Of a stretch of 64,000 nucleotides of DNA, positions 37,331 to 54,334 are shown one piece after another. The stretch is from NCBI GenBank assembly GCA_013239625.1, contig MU053588.1:3934799-3998798 (forward strand), written 5' to 3'. Position 1 is the stretch's first letter; each line of letters begins with the position of its first letter. Made by a program: the position numbers and the translations under genes. Source of the DNA: Lama guanicoe. Lineage: Eukaryota. The notes beneath the pieces are model-generated. The model had not been told where the DNA came from. It made no database searches and worked only from the letters and a program-made list of their open reading frames with translations.

Positions 37331-38835
37331 TCACAATTCATCCCATAACAGGTATTAACCGCAACTCTGAGGTTTTTCACACTTGGCGACTAGGAGAATG
37401 TTATTTATATGAGAAAGTTAGGAAGAGTTGCAGTTAGGGAAGGAAGATGATGGATTTTTTTGCTCCTTTGGCGTTGCACTAGCCACTAGTGTATAACTCT
37501 CAGTTTCATTTCTCTCTGCTATTAAGTTACAAGGACCTCTGTTTCATGGATCTGGTCATGTTCTTTACAGAGTGCCCAGCACAGGCCTGATGGAGAGGAG
37601 TTATTCAGTGAGTAAGTGTGACTCACGTAGCCATCCAAAACGGTGCTACAGCCTGGGACTAGAGAACAAAATAGAAACACAGTCTATAACCATATGCCTT
37701 GTCTTGTACCTCACCTACTTTAGGTGAGCTGCCTAATACCGTCTTGCTCTAAACAACTTTCCTTAGAAACAAATTGATGTTAATGTTTAATTTTTTGTTT
37801 ATTCCTTTGGGATCATAATGAGAATGATGAGGATAGCTAACATTTTGGGGGCACCTCTTATGACTCATCGAATTTCCAATGCTGTCTGTGCACAGATGTG
37901 TTTATCTTTCATACTAATGCTATTACTATTCTCATTTTTAAAATGAAGAAACACTCATGGACAATTGAAGAAATGACAGCGAGGTATAGTCAGCGAGGGG
38001 CAGAGCCAGGATCAAACCTCAGAAGCTGGGTTTAAAACCTCACTCCAGCACTGGGAGACTGGATAACCTTGGGCAAGTTACTTAACTTCTCTGTGCCTCT
38101 CTTAAGGTTTTTCAGTGATTCTGCATCTCTTTGGCTAACTCAGTCATCCTCCAGGGCCCAGATCAAGCCACATTGATGTAGAACCTGATCCAATCACATG
38201 TGGACCTCAAGACCCATAATTTGTGCTTCCCAAGTACCCTGTCCACTACCCTGGTACTTAGCATTGTGTAGCATAATTGCTGGTTTCCCAATCAGTAGAC
38301 TATGAACAGCTTGACACTGAATAATTGTATCTCTTTGAGCCTGATTTCCTTAAGTGTTCATTGAATTAATAGACTCATTTATTTAATAAAGAATTAGTAA
38401 GTTAGCCTACCTAGTGCTAATCGTGCAGGCAGTGAAATTGTTATTCTCAATCTTTTGATGGACACATTCTGTGGATTTTGTAACAGGAATTTCTTCAGGC
38501 ACTGACTTTGAAGAGTAGAAAGCACCTTCCTAAGATGGTATTAAAAATCCAGAGGCCCTTTTCCTTCCACAGATGACCTTGCAAATATCTTGCAAATATT
38601 GTGGAAGACCTAGAGGGAAAACTTGGAAATAAAACTTCCACTGTCCAAATCTCCCAGGTGGGACCAGCTTCACAATTTCACATCTCAAAGAGACCTTGGA
38701 CTGACTAGTCTAGTCTTTCCATGTGCCTCTGCTGGAATGTTCCTGGATGGTGGGCTTGACACGTGTCAAAACTCCAAGATTGACACCGACACTGACTGTC
38801 GAGTGTCTGCTGAGCGATTACTGTATTACAGGCAT

Positions 38836-38905
38836 TTTTTTTTAATGGAGGTACTGGAGATTGAAGCTGAGCATGCGCTCTACCACTGTGCTATACCCAC
38901 CCCCC
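38836..38905 (-). mobile_element. Partial tRNA-derived SINE
   Basis: Reverse complement contains gtatagcacagtggtagagcgcatgct and a poly-A tail. Confidence 0.65.
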
Positions 38906-40429
38906 AGGCACTGTTCTAGGTGCTTGAAATATAAGGCTGAGTAAGTATCAATCACAAGACACATAGTTGATTTACTGATTATCCCCTTTCCCCAGAGGTG
39001 GTGGAAAGATCTCCCTGTAAAACATTTTTTTAGTGAGCAGAAGTCACTGTGCAAACACAGAGTGAGAGCAAAGTGAGTTCCAGATTCTGAAAGGGTCCTT
39101 CCTCTAAGATGGGAAAGTTTTACACGGCCTTTTTCCATACAGGGTTCTGTCTGGAGTAGGACTAACTAATCGTAATTAACTAATAAATCATAGATTAACC
39201 AATAATTAACTAATAATAATCTTTTGACCTGGATATTTTACTCTCAATTTCTACCTTCCCCAGAATCAGAATCATACCCCTAGAGCTACATGGACTTGTA
39301 TTAGGGCCACCACGTGTGGTGGGGTGGGCTGCTCACCACACAAGGGCTCTTGGCTGAAGGCGGGGTTGGTGTCTGGAATCCAGCCCACGTCTGCTCATCA
39401 AGCCGTGTGCGGCTGCAGCCGCCCTAAGGGAGGGCTTCCTTGACTGTTTCCTGTAAAACAGCCAGAGTGAGTGGTTAAGCTGCCAGACTCTGATCCACAT
39501 GTTTTATATAGTCACTTAGATTGACTAACCCTCCTGTGAGATTGGTTGTTTTATATTATTATTATCCCCAATTTATAGATCAGTCATTCAGACACGTTGA
39601 GACTAAATGGGAGCACGTTGCAGATGCCAGCATTCAGATACTGGTGGTCTGATTCCAGAGCCCGCACCGTGAGCAACTCTGTTCTTTTCTCCTTCAGGCA
39701 CATCCTCTGGCTTCAGGGTCCTGTCCCTGCTTATATCTGTCTTTCATCCCTCACTCTCAAAACTCTCATTTCTCTTTCCATGAGACCTTAGACTCCCGTC
39801 TGCTTTTTGTTTTGTTTTGTTTTTCTCTTTAGACGCCACAGAGAGACAAGATCTAGCAGGCTGGCTCCGGTGTGAGAGCCGGCTTTGTTTTCCGCCCCTG
39901 CCCCTTGACATCACCAAGCCTCTGCTTCCTCTTTTGTTCCATGGGAGTAACAGCCATCCCCGCCATCATTTCTTGAGAACTTTGTAAGACGCCAGGTACA
40001 GCGCCAATGGCATCGCATAAATTAGCTCTTTTATTCCCTGCCTTAATCCTATGACTGATGTTCTTTTTTCCCTCCTTGTTACAGCTGTGGAGCAGCACAA
40101 AGGTGCAGGTGATTGGACTGGAGTCAGGCGACTGTCAGTAGGCAGTAGCTTCCTCACAGGTGTGTGGGAGGCACCTTAATGAAACAATGCATGTCAAGTG
40201 CTCCTCAAGGCCCCGAACATGTACTTAGCGGTCATTTAGTGTTAGATACTGCCATTTTGTTGTTTTATCATTAGTATGATTACTATAGCTTGGTGATTTA
40301 AATGACATATTGATCACCTAACTGATGGGTAGATGTATCTTGCAGAGTCACATGGGTTCATTGATTTTTCTTTATCTCTACAGTAGAGTCTTTTTGAGGC
40401 CCTACTGTTAACCAAGTACATTTAAAGAA

Positions 40430-40575
40430 TTTTTTTTTATTAAAAAAATATTTTGTGGGGGGGTGGGGGGTAAAGTTTACTTATTTATTTATTTTTAGAG
40501 GAGGCATTGGGGATTGAACCCAGGACCTTGTGTATACTAAGCTTGCACTCTACCACTTGAGCTACACCCTCCACT
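40430..40575 (-). mobile_element. tRNA-derived SINE (camelid Vic-1-like)
   Basis: Reverse complement: ggagggtgtagctcaagtggtagagtgc...ctgggttcaatcccca...aaataaataaataa. Confidence 0.8.
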
Positions 40576-41572
40576 CCAGCCAAGTGAATTTGACAAGGTC
40601 TTATATCATTTAAAAAACAGTCGTCCATCATGTCAAATTCATAGAGAAGGTAGAATAGTGGTTTCCAGGGGCCAAGAGGAGAGAGAATGGACCGTTATTG
40701 TTTGATGGGTACAGAGTTTCAGTTTGGGCTGGTGAAAAATTTCCAGAGGTGGATAGTGGTGATGATTACACAACCACATGAAGGCACTGAATGAACTCTA
40801 CACCTAAAAAATGGTTAAAAGGGAACATTTTACGTTATATATATTTTACACAGAAAAAAATCAATGAAATCTTAAATATTACTGCAAAGACACCAAATTC
40901 AGTATGACAAACCGAGAGAAAATAACATATTTCAGAGGTTAAAGGTGATTTTCATATGACAAAGCAGCAGCCTCTTAAGGCTCCATTGATGGAAACTATT
41001 TATGAGGACAGGTTTTATGTCACTGAATGTTACCTGCTTTTCCCCTGCTACTGAGAAATAAGGTACCCTGAAGGTGTTCTTTGAACTTTCTGCCTACTCA
41101 TTTAATTCTTAAAACAGTCCTATGAGGTAGGCATTGTTAATACCTCCATTTTACAGATGGAAGAATTGAGGCACAGAGATATTAATAATTTGAGATTTCA
41201 CAGCTAATATGTAGCAGGTCCATGAACCTAGACAGGTTACTCTCCTAACCCGGGTACTTTATTCTCAATTTCCACCCTCCCTAGAATCAGAGTCATACCC
41301 CGAGAGCCACACGAATTGTTATTGGCGCCACCGTGTATGGTTGCACAGATTGTTCACTGCACAGGGGCTCCTGGCTAAAGGGGTGAGTGGTGTCTGGAAT
41401 CCAGCTCACGTCTGCTCATGAAGGGGCCCCAAGGAAGGGGCACCATTGCTCTTTCACATGAAGCGGCCACATGGGTTAGTGACATCCTTTGGCCAGAATC
41501 TGACGGCTTTCTTCTCCTTCCCCCATTGTGCCTTTCCAAGACTCAGCGCTTCCCCAGAAGGAGAAGGACAAA

Positions 41573-41587
41573 ATGACCAAGTTCAAG
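41573..41587 (+). CDS. ZNF45: ZNF45 start-codon exon (MTKFK); exon begins about 41541
   Basis: aaaATGACCAAGTTCAAG|gtaagt; phase 0 fits the KRAB-A exon. Confidence 0.88.
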
Positions 41588-42859
41588 GTAAGTTGGGCTC
41601 GCCTTTCCAGGTTTTAAATTCTCAGCTCGTTTCTCAGTGATTAGACACATCCTGTTTCTCCTTCTTGGAAAAGATTAAAGAGAACAGCAGGCATTTAGAA
41701 ACCTCTTATGTACCAGATACATTGTCACTACTTTTTGTTTTAGTGTAGTTTCATTTTGTTGTTTTATCCCCTTTTCTAATTTCACAAAGGAGAGTAGACT
41801 AGACAAAGTTAACAGCAGTGAAAAACATCTCCCGCTTTACCACTATTTTCCTTACAAAACAACTGTCTTCATTTTCCCATCTTCTTTTCCTCATACGCGT
41901 TTATAACGTATATTTGTAATCCCTGTAGTATAGTTACAAATCTCAAAGTATACCTTTTATAATTAATATTTTATACCCCACATCTTTAATGGCACTATCA
42001 TATCCCCTTGAATTTGTGTACGCTGTGTGTGCGGCGTGTGTGTGTTACGAATGTCTTGTAACTTTTCCCCACTCATGGACATCAGGTAGTTTAGAATTTT
42101 TTCCATTTTAAAGAACGTTATGGTAACAATTTTCCTAATACAACTATTTTCCTCAAAAGGGAATTTGAAAAAATTTACCATTTTTTGGTCTTAATGTTCT
42201 AGGAACTTTAAATTGAAAAGGTACATTTGATATGCAGTACCTCGCGTATTTTGTATGTAGAATATTCAGATATGGCTTAGTGCACAGGATCTAAGTGATG
42301 CTTCGCACAGAGAAATATTATTAGATATTTTCACATAAGCAAGCTAGGTAGTTTCTTATATCTGGGTCATATTGTGTGCATGTTTTATTTACTGATTTTT
42401 ATTTTTTATTCATGCATTAATTTTATCAAAGTAATATACTCAATTTTAAAAGTACAAGATGACTTGCCAGATAATTCTCATTTCTTAGTACATTTAGTCT
42501 CAAACCAACCTTTTGAGGCAGAACTTGGTCTCATCTGCATTTTAATTACAAAGAAACAGGATTGTAGAGTTTGAGAGAACTGCTTAAGTTCACATAGGAA
42601 ACCAAAGATCCAGCTGATCCAAATATACTCCTGGGTTTTTTACTTGGATGAAGAAAGCGAGGCCAGGGAAAAGATTTCACCAATCAGACTTAGCCCTTTC
42701 TGTGTCCTGGTGGGTGAATGGTAGCAGAGATAACAGCCCCCCCTCCGTACCATAGGTCACTCTCGGTAGCCCCTTCTCCATGATCTCTGTTTCCCATTTA
42801 GGGCAACCAGATGTGCTGCGTTTCAGCGATGAACACAGTCAAGACAACACTGTGTACAA

Positions 42860-43060
42860 GTGATTCTTAATCACGGGCGATTCTGCCCATAGGCAACGTC
42901 TGGAAACATTTTTGGTGTCACAGCTTAGGGGATGCTACTGACATCTAGTACAAAGAAGCCAGGTGGGCTGCACCCATCCTACAGTGCACCCAGCAGCCCC
43001 CCTGCAACAAAGAATTATCTCTCCCCAAATGTCAGTAGTGCCAAGGATGAGAAACTATAC
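42860..43060. mobile_element. MER20 hAT MITE
   Basis: gtctggaaacatttttggtgtcaca...aaagaattatct...gccaaggatgagaaac. Confidence 0.7.
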
Positions 43061-43752
43061 TGTACCCAAAGCTGTACAAGAACAATAGCAAAATGTGGGT
43101 AAAGAGTTTATAATATACATGCTTTTAAAAAAGCTTTAAATCTCTAATAGAAATTTTATATAATCATAAGATAAAACCCCAATTGGAGTATGAGCAGAGA
43201 ACATGAGCAGGCAAGGTTCTGAGGGAAGAAATTAAGATGGCTAGTAAATAGGTGAAAATATGATGAGTTTATTCATGAACAAATAAGTACAAAAATCAAA
43301 ATAAGTTGTTTTTTACTGGTAGGATTGCCTAGGATTTAAAAATGTGGTTATATTCAATGTGTATTGTAGGAAGAATCAGGGACACATATTCTCTTGGGGG
43401 AAGGATGAAATAGGGGAAAAGTTGAAAAGAAAATCTGTTGTCCGTCATAGTTTTGAAGCTGCATATTTGACATTGCAGTTTTCACTTTTTGGAACTTACC
43501 CTAAGGAAATAATTAGATGGGAAGCTGATACCTATGTAAAAAATTGTTCCTTTCAGCACATGTTATGAAAAGAAAAAAACCTAAAACGTAGATGCATTAT
43601 TGGAAATATTTAACTACATGACAGTGAAATTCACTCTGGTCTCTCAGAATCTAGAACCACTTCGTACACATCCTCTTCCCTGTTCTCAGTGCTACCCTTC
43701 CTCCAGGGAATCTCTATTGCAAGATTCACTTGGGGTGTGTTTGGTGTTGTAG

Positions 43753-43965
<213 letters not shown>

Positions 43966-44438
43966 TGAGATAGAGAGATGGCATTTTTCTAATCTTTCTC
44001 CCCTGGCCAAAATGTGTCTTGTAAATTAACTGTACATTGACAGCACGACTGCTATACATTTTTGGCTTTTCAAATTGGGCTCATCTCCAGTTAGTGGGTC
44101 CTGACACTCATTAGGGAATTGAAATACAATAGGGTAGAGAATATCAGTGGCCTTGGCAGTAACTGCTTGCTGCAGTAAAAACTGCCCATTACCAAGAATA
44201 GCATGAGAAACTGTGAAAAGGGTGCAACGAAAACAGATAATTTTCTTCCAGTAATTTATATTTATGTCTGCCTGTCTTGGGTTTTTGCATAAGATGCATT
44301 TCTTCCCGTGGGTCTTACTTAAAAGTTGGGAAAACACTGGTTTGGGTGTCCCAAAGATGATGCAGTGAGAACCACAAGTTTTAAAAATTTTGGCCTCTAA
44401 TGCATTAATTCAAAATGTTTGTCCTTGCCTTGTCACAG

Positions 44439-44534
44439 GGCACCAATGCTTCATACCAGATGTAATATCCCAGTTGGAGAGAGAAGAAAAGCTTTGGATG
44501 TTACGGACAGCAGCCCAGAGCCGTTGCTCCTCAG
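44439..44534 (+). CDS. ZNF45: ZNF45 KRAB-B exon
   Basis: 96 nt, tcacag|...|gtgaga; encodes GHQCFIPDVISQLEREEKLWMLRTAAQSRCSSG. Confidence 0.9.
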
Positions 44535-46586
44535 GTGAGAACCATGTGACTCTGAGTCTGTCCTGTTTTGTGTCACCTCCACAGCCATGGCTCTGGTCCA
44601 CATCAGTGCCTGGACTGTGGACCACCGCAGCAGTCTTCGTATTGCTCTCTCTCCTGATCTGCTCATTTATAATCGATTCTCCACTCAGAGTGTTTCTTCT
44701 AAATTCAGATCTTGTCATGTCTCTGCTCAAAACCACTCGGAGTTTCTCACCTGATTTACAGCACAGTTCAAGTACTTAACGGGAGTCAGGATGTCCCATG
44801 TGTCCACCAGTTCCGTAGTCTGCTTTCAGATACAACATTTCACCTGAGGCTCTAAATACCGACTCCCCCTTGAAAAAGGAGAAAGTTTACACACACAGGA
44901 AGACAGTACAAAAATTTCAGAAGCACTCTATCCGTGGCCACTTTTACGCTTTATGCTTTTTTTAAAAAATTTTTTTATTGATTCACAGTGCTAGTTTCAG
45001 ATGTATAGCAAAGTGATTCAGTTATACATGTACATACATATATATTTTTTCTTTCCATATTCTTTTCCATTATACGGTATTATAAGAAATTGAACATAGT
45101 TCCCTGTGCTGTGCAGCAGGGCCTTGTTTAAAGTGATTCTTGCCATGATTTTGTGATCATCATGATGTTCTCATCCCCTTAGTTTAGCCCTGCATCTAGG
45201 GAAGCCTTTCAGCTTCCCAGCAAGAGTGCTGTTTCCAGTTCCTTTCCTGTTGTGGGTAACTCGCTGGAAAAAGCTCTTTTATTTTTCTAACATGGCTCAG
45301 ACTCTCACGAAGAAGTCAGACTGGGATTCACTTATCCTTTCAACGTGTATTTGTTGAACGCCGTGTCAGACAGTGCCCTGGGAGTGGTGACAAAGATACA
45401 GAATGCTTGTCCTCATGGATATTGCATTCAAGGGGGAGAAGACATAAAAGGAAAAAGATCAAGGACATTGGCAGTGTGTCGGACGGGAGCATGTGCTGGG
45501 TCAAAACAAAGCAGGGTAAGGCGAGATTGCCTGGACTGTGGAATGGATAGGGAGAATTTACTCTTATGATATTGGATGGTAAAAGCGGCCTCCCTGATAA
45601 GGTGCTATTTGAAGAGAGAGCTGAGAAGAAGTAAGTAGCCAGCTATATGGCTAATTGGTGGAACAGAGTTCCAAGGACAACATAACTCTTCCTGTCCTGT
45701 AATGACTTTAAGTATCTGTTCTATGCTCTGTTTATTTCCTCCTGACAGGTTCTTGCTCTGTGGTAAAAGATTACCTTCTGTGACATTGTGCCTACACCAG
45801 AAATTGGCACATTGTAACTGACTGTACTTCAATTTGAAAAAAAAATTTTTTTAATTAAAAAAAAAAGATTACCTTCTAATTTTTCACTTATTTTCTCCCC
45901 TGGAGGTTGTTATTATTACCACGAGGCTTTAGAATAATGTATGTCATTGACAGTAAACCTCTTCCCCCATTTGTCTTCCTGAAGGATATTTCTTAGCAAG
46001 AGATGGTGGGATCACTCTCTGCTTATACTGTGAACTTTAGGCACTTAGGTATAAGGTATTTTCTCCCAAACATGTATCTTGCCAGCCTATCCAATATCTC
46101 CCACCATTGGAATAAATTTCCAATAAAATAAAGCAAGGATTTTTCAACATTGCCTGGGGACATCTTCTGATAATCTGTCTGTAAGGGCCTTGCTAGAGAT
46201 TTGGAGCATTTTGATTGGACGTGCATGCAATAGGCAGAATTATGTGAAAGCTGTATATCAGATACCAACTGCAGCAAAAAAGAGATAAGGCTTAACATAA
46301 GGTGCAGCTTCATCTTTGTAAACATTGCCTAGGAGGTATTTTTCTTGCTCTGTAGCCACCAGATTTCTAGCTTGTATCTCACTTATGAAACTTACTGTGA
46401 TTCAAAATGGACCCCATTAGTGTGTAGTGAACCCCCAAGAGATTTATGGAGGTGTGCAAATCAGAGAACATGATACATGATGTTAAAAAATGGAAATTTT
46501 TGATGGTTCAGTAAAGCCTGGGGGTGTAGGCCTAAGTTTATAACATTGACATCTCTGGACGAGGCTTTCACATGCCCCATCTCTAA

Positions 46587-48434
<1,848 letters not shown>

Positions 48435-49059
48435 AGCTACATGTTTTAATACCTCAAATGGGTGTTGAACTAGTCCACTTATCAGACCTGTCATAGAAGA
48501 CCAAACATTTGTTTCATAAAAGAGTATTTCAGCCAGAGCTTGACATGTCATAGTAGTTGGGTGACCACACAGCAGAGAAGCCTCATGAAGGTGGAGACAA
48601 AAGGACTTTATTCAGAAACTTGACATCTAGCAGATGTCACACAGAACGGAAGAGAGCCTTAGGAAGGATGAGTCTGATCTGGAGTGAACCCAAAGTACTA
48701 AGACAGAAATGCCAAAAATCTCTTCCACTAGAATATAAGCTCCCAGAGGGCAGGGACTTTGTTTACTGCCAAGTTGCTTCTGCCTCTTCAGTGCCTAACA
48801 CACTGCAGGTGTTAAGTAAGGTTAAATGAGTAAAGGGGAGGACAGTCACATTCGAAATTTTTACTCAGTTCCTCTCTAAAAATTTCTATAAAGTTCTACT
48901 TAGAAGAATTCTCCAAGCCTTGGAGGACATGAATTGAGACTCACGGGCTCATTTTCCCAACCCTGCAGGTCCTGTAAACTAGTGCTTATCAAACTGAAGG
49001 TGGTAACCCATTAGTGGGTCCAGAAGTCCATTCAGCGTGTTGTGACCAGCACTTTTGTA

Positions 49060-51270
49060 TGCTAACAGTACTTTATTGAAGTGTAATTTGCATGCAGTAA
49101 CCTGCATAAATCTCAAGTTTACAACTTCATGAATTTTGACAAATGCTATCTACTTGTGTAATCATCACCAAGATCAATATCTACAATATTTCTATTAAAC
49201 CAGAATGTTTCCTTGTGTACATGTCTAGTTGTTCCTAACTCCAGTGGCCACAAGTGTTGTGATTTCAATATCGTATATTAATTTGATCTGTCTGTTCTTG
49301 AGGTTCATACGTGTTCAGTACATACTCTTTTATGTCTGGATCCTTTTCATCAAATATATGATTGTCTTGGAGTCACAGAAAGCAATTGATAAAATTCAGT
49401 ATCCATTCATGATAAAAATTCTTCAGTGAGATAAAAGGCATCTATGAAGATCTTACAAGCTAATGCTTTTTTTTAAATTAGGAAATAATTTATAGACAGT
49501 AAAATCAACTCTTTGGTGGATTATTCTGTGTTTTGGCAAATGCTTGCTATCTTATTACCACCACCACAATCAAGACATTTAACAATTCCAGCACGCCCTG
49601 CCCTGAAATTCCTTTCTACTCTTGTAGTCATCCCCTTCCCCCCATGCTCTGCCCCCTCCCCATCTTTAGCAACCACTGACTTGTTTTTTTGTCACTATAG
49701 TTTATCTTTTCCAGAATGGCCTATAAATAGAATCATACAGTATGTAAACTTTGGAGTGTGGCTTCTTTCAGTTAATGTTTCTGAGATTCATCAATCTTAA
49801 TGTATGTATGGATAGTCATTCCTTTTCTTGCTGAAGGATATTTTATTGTATGGATGTACCATATTTTCTTTATCCATTTACAACTTGAAGGATATATTTG
49901 GGTTTCCAGTCTTTAGCACTTAAGAAAGCAACTGTAAGTATTTGCATACAGATTGGTGTGTCAGCACAAGTTTTCTTTGCCTTAGTAAATACTTAGGAGT
50001 GGGATTTTGTTGGGTTGTACAGTAAAAAAATGTTTCACTTTATGGAAAACTAACAGATGTTTCTAAAATAGGTATACCATTTTGATTTCCCAGCATCAGT
50101 GCATATCAGGTCTTTGTTTTGTTTTTAGCATTTCAGTAGGTTTGTAGTTGTATCTTATTTTGGTTTTAATTTATATTTCCCTCATGGTTAAGTTGAGCAT
50201 CTTTATATATGAATGTTTGCTAGCCATATAAATATTTTCTTTGGTGATGTGTTTTCTTTTTCTCAATTTATGAGAGTTTTTAATATGTTCTGGACATGTG
50301 TCCTTTGTCAGTTATGTGTTTGCAAATATTTTATCCCTGTGTGTGGTTTGTGTTTTTATTCCATAGATGGCATTTTTTTTTAAGAGAGTGAAAGTGGGTT
50401 TTTTTTTTGGATGAAGTTCAATTTTTGTCTTCTGTGGGTTGTGTTTTTGGTTTCACATATAAGAACTCCACCTAATCTAAAGTCACAAAGATTTTTCTCC
50501 TCTTTTTTTTTTCATCTAAAAGTCTTGTGCTTTCAGGTTTTACATTTAGGTCTGTGATCCATGTGAATTAATCTTTATAAAAGTATGAGATCAAGGTCCA
50601 TTTTTTTTTTGGCATAGGAACATCCAATTAATCGTCCTTTCAACATCAAATTGCTGTTGCACCGTTGTGAAAAATCCATTGATTGTACATGTGTGGGTCT
50701 ATTTGTGGTCTCTCTTTGAGTCCATTGATCTATGTGTCTATCATTTTGCCAATATATATGCAGCTTTATACACTAAATCTGGAAATCAGATAGTATGAGT
50801 CTTCCAACTCCATTCTTCTTTTTCAAAACAACTTTGGATATTCTGATTTGTTTTCTTTTCCATAACTTTTAGAGTCAACTTTGTGATTTGAAAAATAAAC
50901 TCTAGCTGGGAGTTTTATTGGGGATTGCATTGACTATATACAGATGAGTCTGGGGAGAATTGACATATTAGCAATATTCTAAATGATTGACAGTTTATCT
51001 GCCTATTTTTAAAGGACTCCTTTGATTCTTTCATCAGTAATTTGTAGTTTTCAGCATATAGATCCTGCACAAATTTTGTTAGATTTCTACCTAAAACCTC
51101 CTTTTTGGTGCTAAATTAATTGGTACTATTTTTCAAATTTTAATTTCCAGTTGTTCATTACTGGTATATAGAAATATAATTGATTGGTTTATGTTAATTT
51201 TGCATCCTACAGTCTTGCGAAACTTGCATACTGTTCTGTAGGTTCCTTGAGATTTTCTGTGTAGGCATGT
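49060..51270 (-). mobile_element. Old L1 fragments
   Basis: T-rich antisense L1 3' UTR/ORF2 signatures (gtccattgatctatgtgtct, ggggagaattgacat). Confidence 0.75.
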
Positions 51271-51540
51271 CATGTTATGTCTTTGACTTCTAACTTTTAC
51301 CTCACTCTGTGAGACTTGGTGTGGTTCTAAATTGGTTTCATTGATGTTTAGTGGATAAGCACCTACTGGACTACTTCTTGGTGGCTGTAACCATGCAAAT
51401 CAGAGACCATATTATGCATCCAAAGGATATGGTGGATATTTCATGGATTCATTAGAGTCTCATGCTCGTTCCTAACTAAAATCTTGAAGACACTGGACAC
51501 AGTATTCACTTGTCCAGATCTCTGCATTCCTTGTCCTTAG

Positions 51541-52342
<802 letters not shown>

Positions 52343-52559
52343 TGATTGTCACAGTATTTAAGATACAAGATAGCAAAGAGGAAGAGTGAACATCACCCAG
52401 AACTTTGCATCCTGTTCTAGAAAAAAGACATAATGTGTTTTTTATTGTATGCAAGATACTTGTATCAAAGTAGATTGAGTATGATTTTGTTACGGTATTT
52501 ATTTGGAGATTAAGTATGGCTTAAGGAGATGTGTATAGGTGCCAATTTAACAGAGTGGA

Positions 52560-52730
52560 CTATGATGATCAGCATCATGTGTCAACTTGGCTAGACCACA
52601 GCAACTAGTTATTCAGTCAGACACTAAAGTATTTTGTAGATGTGATTAACATCTACAGTTGACTTTGAGTAAGGGAGATTATCATAAATAATCTGGATGA
52701 GCCCAACTCCATCAGTTGAATGGCCTACTC
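52560..52730. mobile_element. MLT2 (ERVL) LTR fragment
   Basis: atgtgtcaacttggctagaccacag...ttttgtagatgtgattaacatctaca...ccatcagttgaa. Confidence 0.7.
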
Positions 52731-52739
52731 AAGGTCCCT

Positions 52740-54120
52740 TGAGATGGTATATAAATTTTAGGGTGGATTTCTCTATTTCTGCAAAAAAGGTCATTGGAAT
52801 TTTGATGGAGATTGCGTTGAACCTGTAGATCACTTTGTGTATTTGTGACATTTTAACAATATTAAGTCTTTCAATCCATGAACATGGGATATGTTTTCAT
52901 CTACTTATGTCTTCTTTAATTTTTTCATCACTGTTTTCTGATTTTCATCATACAAGTTTTCTTCCTTGATTAACTTTATTGGTAAGTATTTTACTCTTTT
53001 TGCTACTATTATAAATGGAATTGCTTTTATAATTTCCTTTTTAGTTTGTCCACTATTTGTATATAGCAATGCAACTGATTTTTATGTGTTGACTTTGTAT
53101 CCTGCTACATTGCTGAGTTCATGTATTCTAACAGTTTTGTAGTGGACTCTTTAGGGTTTTCTACATATAAGATCATGTCACCTACAAACAGAGATAACTT
53201 TACTTCTTCATTTCCAACTTAGATACTTTTTAGTCCTTTTTCTTGCCTAATTGCTATGATTAGAACTTCCACTGCTGTGTTAAATAGAAATGGTAAAAGT
53301 GGACATCCCTGTTCCTGATCTTAGAGAAAAAGCTCTCAGTTTTTCATCATTGAGTGTGATATTCACTGTGGGTTTTTAATATATGGCTTTTTTATGTTAA
53401 AGTAATTTCCTTCTATTCTTAGTTTGTTGGTCATCTTTATCATAAAAAGGTGATAGATTTTGTCAAAGGCTTTTTCTGTATTAATTGAGGTAATCATGCG
53501 TTTTTCCCTTCATTCTGTTGATGTGGCATATTATATTGATCCATAATCATATGTTGAACAATCCTTGCATTCCAGGAATAAATCCCTCTTGATCATGGTA
53601 TATAATCCTTTTCATATGCTACTGAATTTGGTTTGCTAGTATTTTGTTGAGGATTTTTGCATCAATGTTCAAAAGGGATATTGGCCCTTCCTTTTCTTGT
53701 AATGTCTTTGTCTGGCTATGGTAACAGGATAATGCTTGCTTCATAGAATAAGTTAGAAAGTATTTCTTTCTCTTCAATTTTTTGAAAAAGTTTGAGAAAG
53801 ACTGATGTTAGTTTTTCTTTAAATGTTTGGTAGAATTCACCAGTGATACCATTAGATCCAAGGCTTTTCTTTGTTAAGAGATTTTTTATTACTGATTCAA
53901 TCTCCTTACTAGTTATAGGTCTGTTCAAATTTTCTCTTTCTCTTTGATTTTAGCTTGATAGATTTTGTGTTTCTAAGAATTTGTCCATTTCACCTAGTAT
54001 ATCCAATTTGTTGGTGTACAGTTGTTCATAGTACACTTATAATTCTTTTTATTTTTGTAAAATCAGTTATGTCCCTACTTTCATTTCTGGTTTTAATAAT
54101 TTGAGTCTTCTCTCCTTTTT
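52740..54120 (-). mobile_element. L1 ORF2 fragment
   Basis: [37 protein letters not shown] on the minus strand. Confidence 0.9.
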
Positions 54121-54334
54121 TCTTGCATGTATGTGTAGTGAGAACATTTAATACCTACTCTTTTAATGAATTTCAAGTATTTAATGCAGAATTATTAACT
54201 ATAGTCACAATGCTGTACATTAGATCCCCAGAATTTATTCATCTTATGCTGATGTGTCCTTTGACCAACATCTCATTTCCCTCACCCTCCAGCCTATTGC
54301 AATGACTATCCTATTCTTCTTTCTGTCCCACCCA

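Noticed and set aside
48440..48700. Possible finger relics in the ZNF45 3' UTR (HTAEKPHE)
   Set aside because: Only one convincing linker; too weak to call separately.
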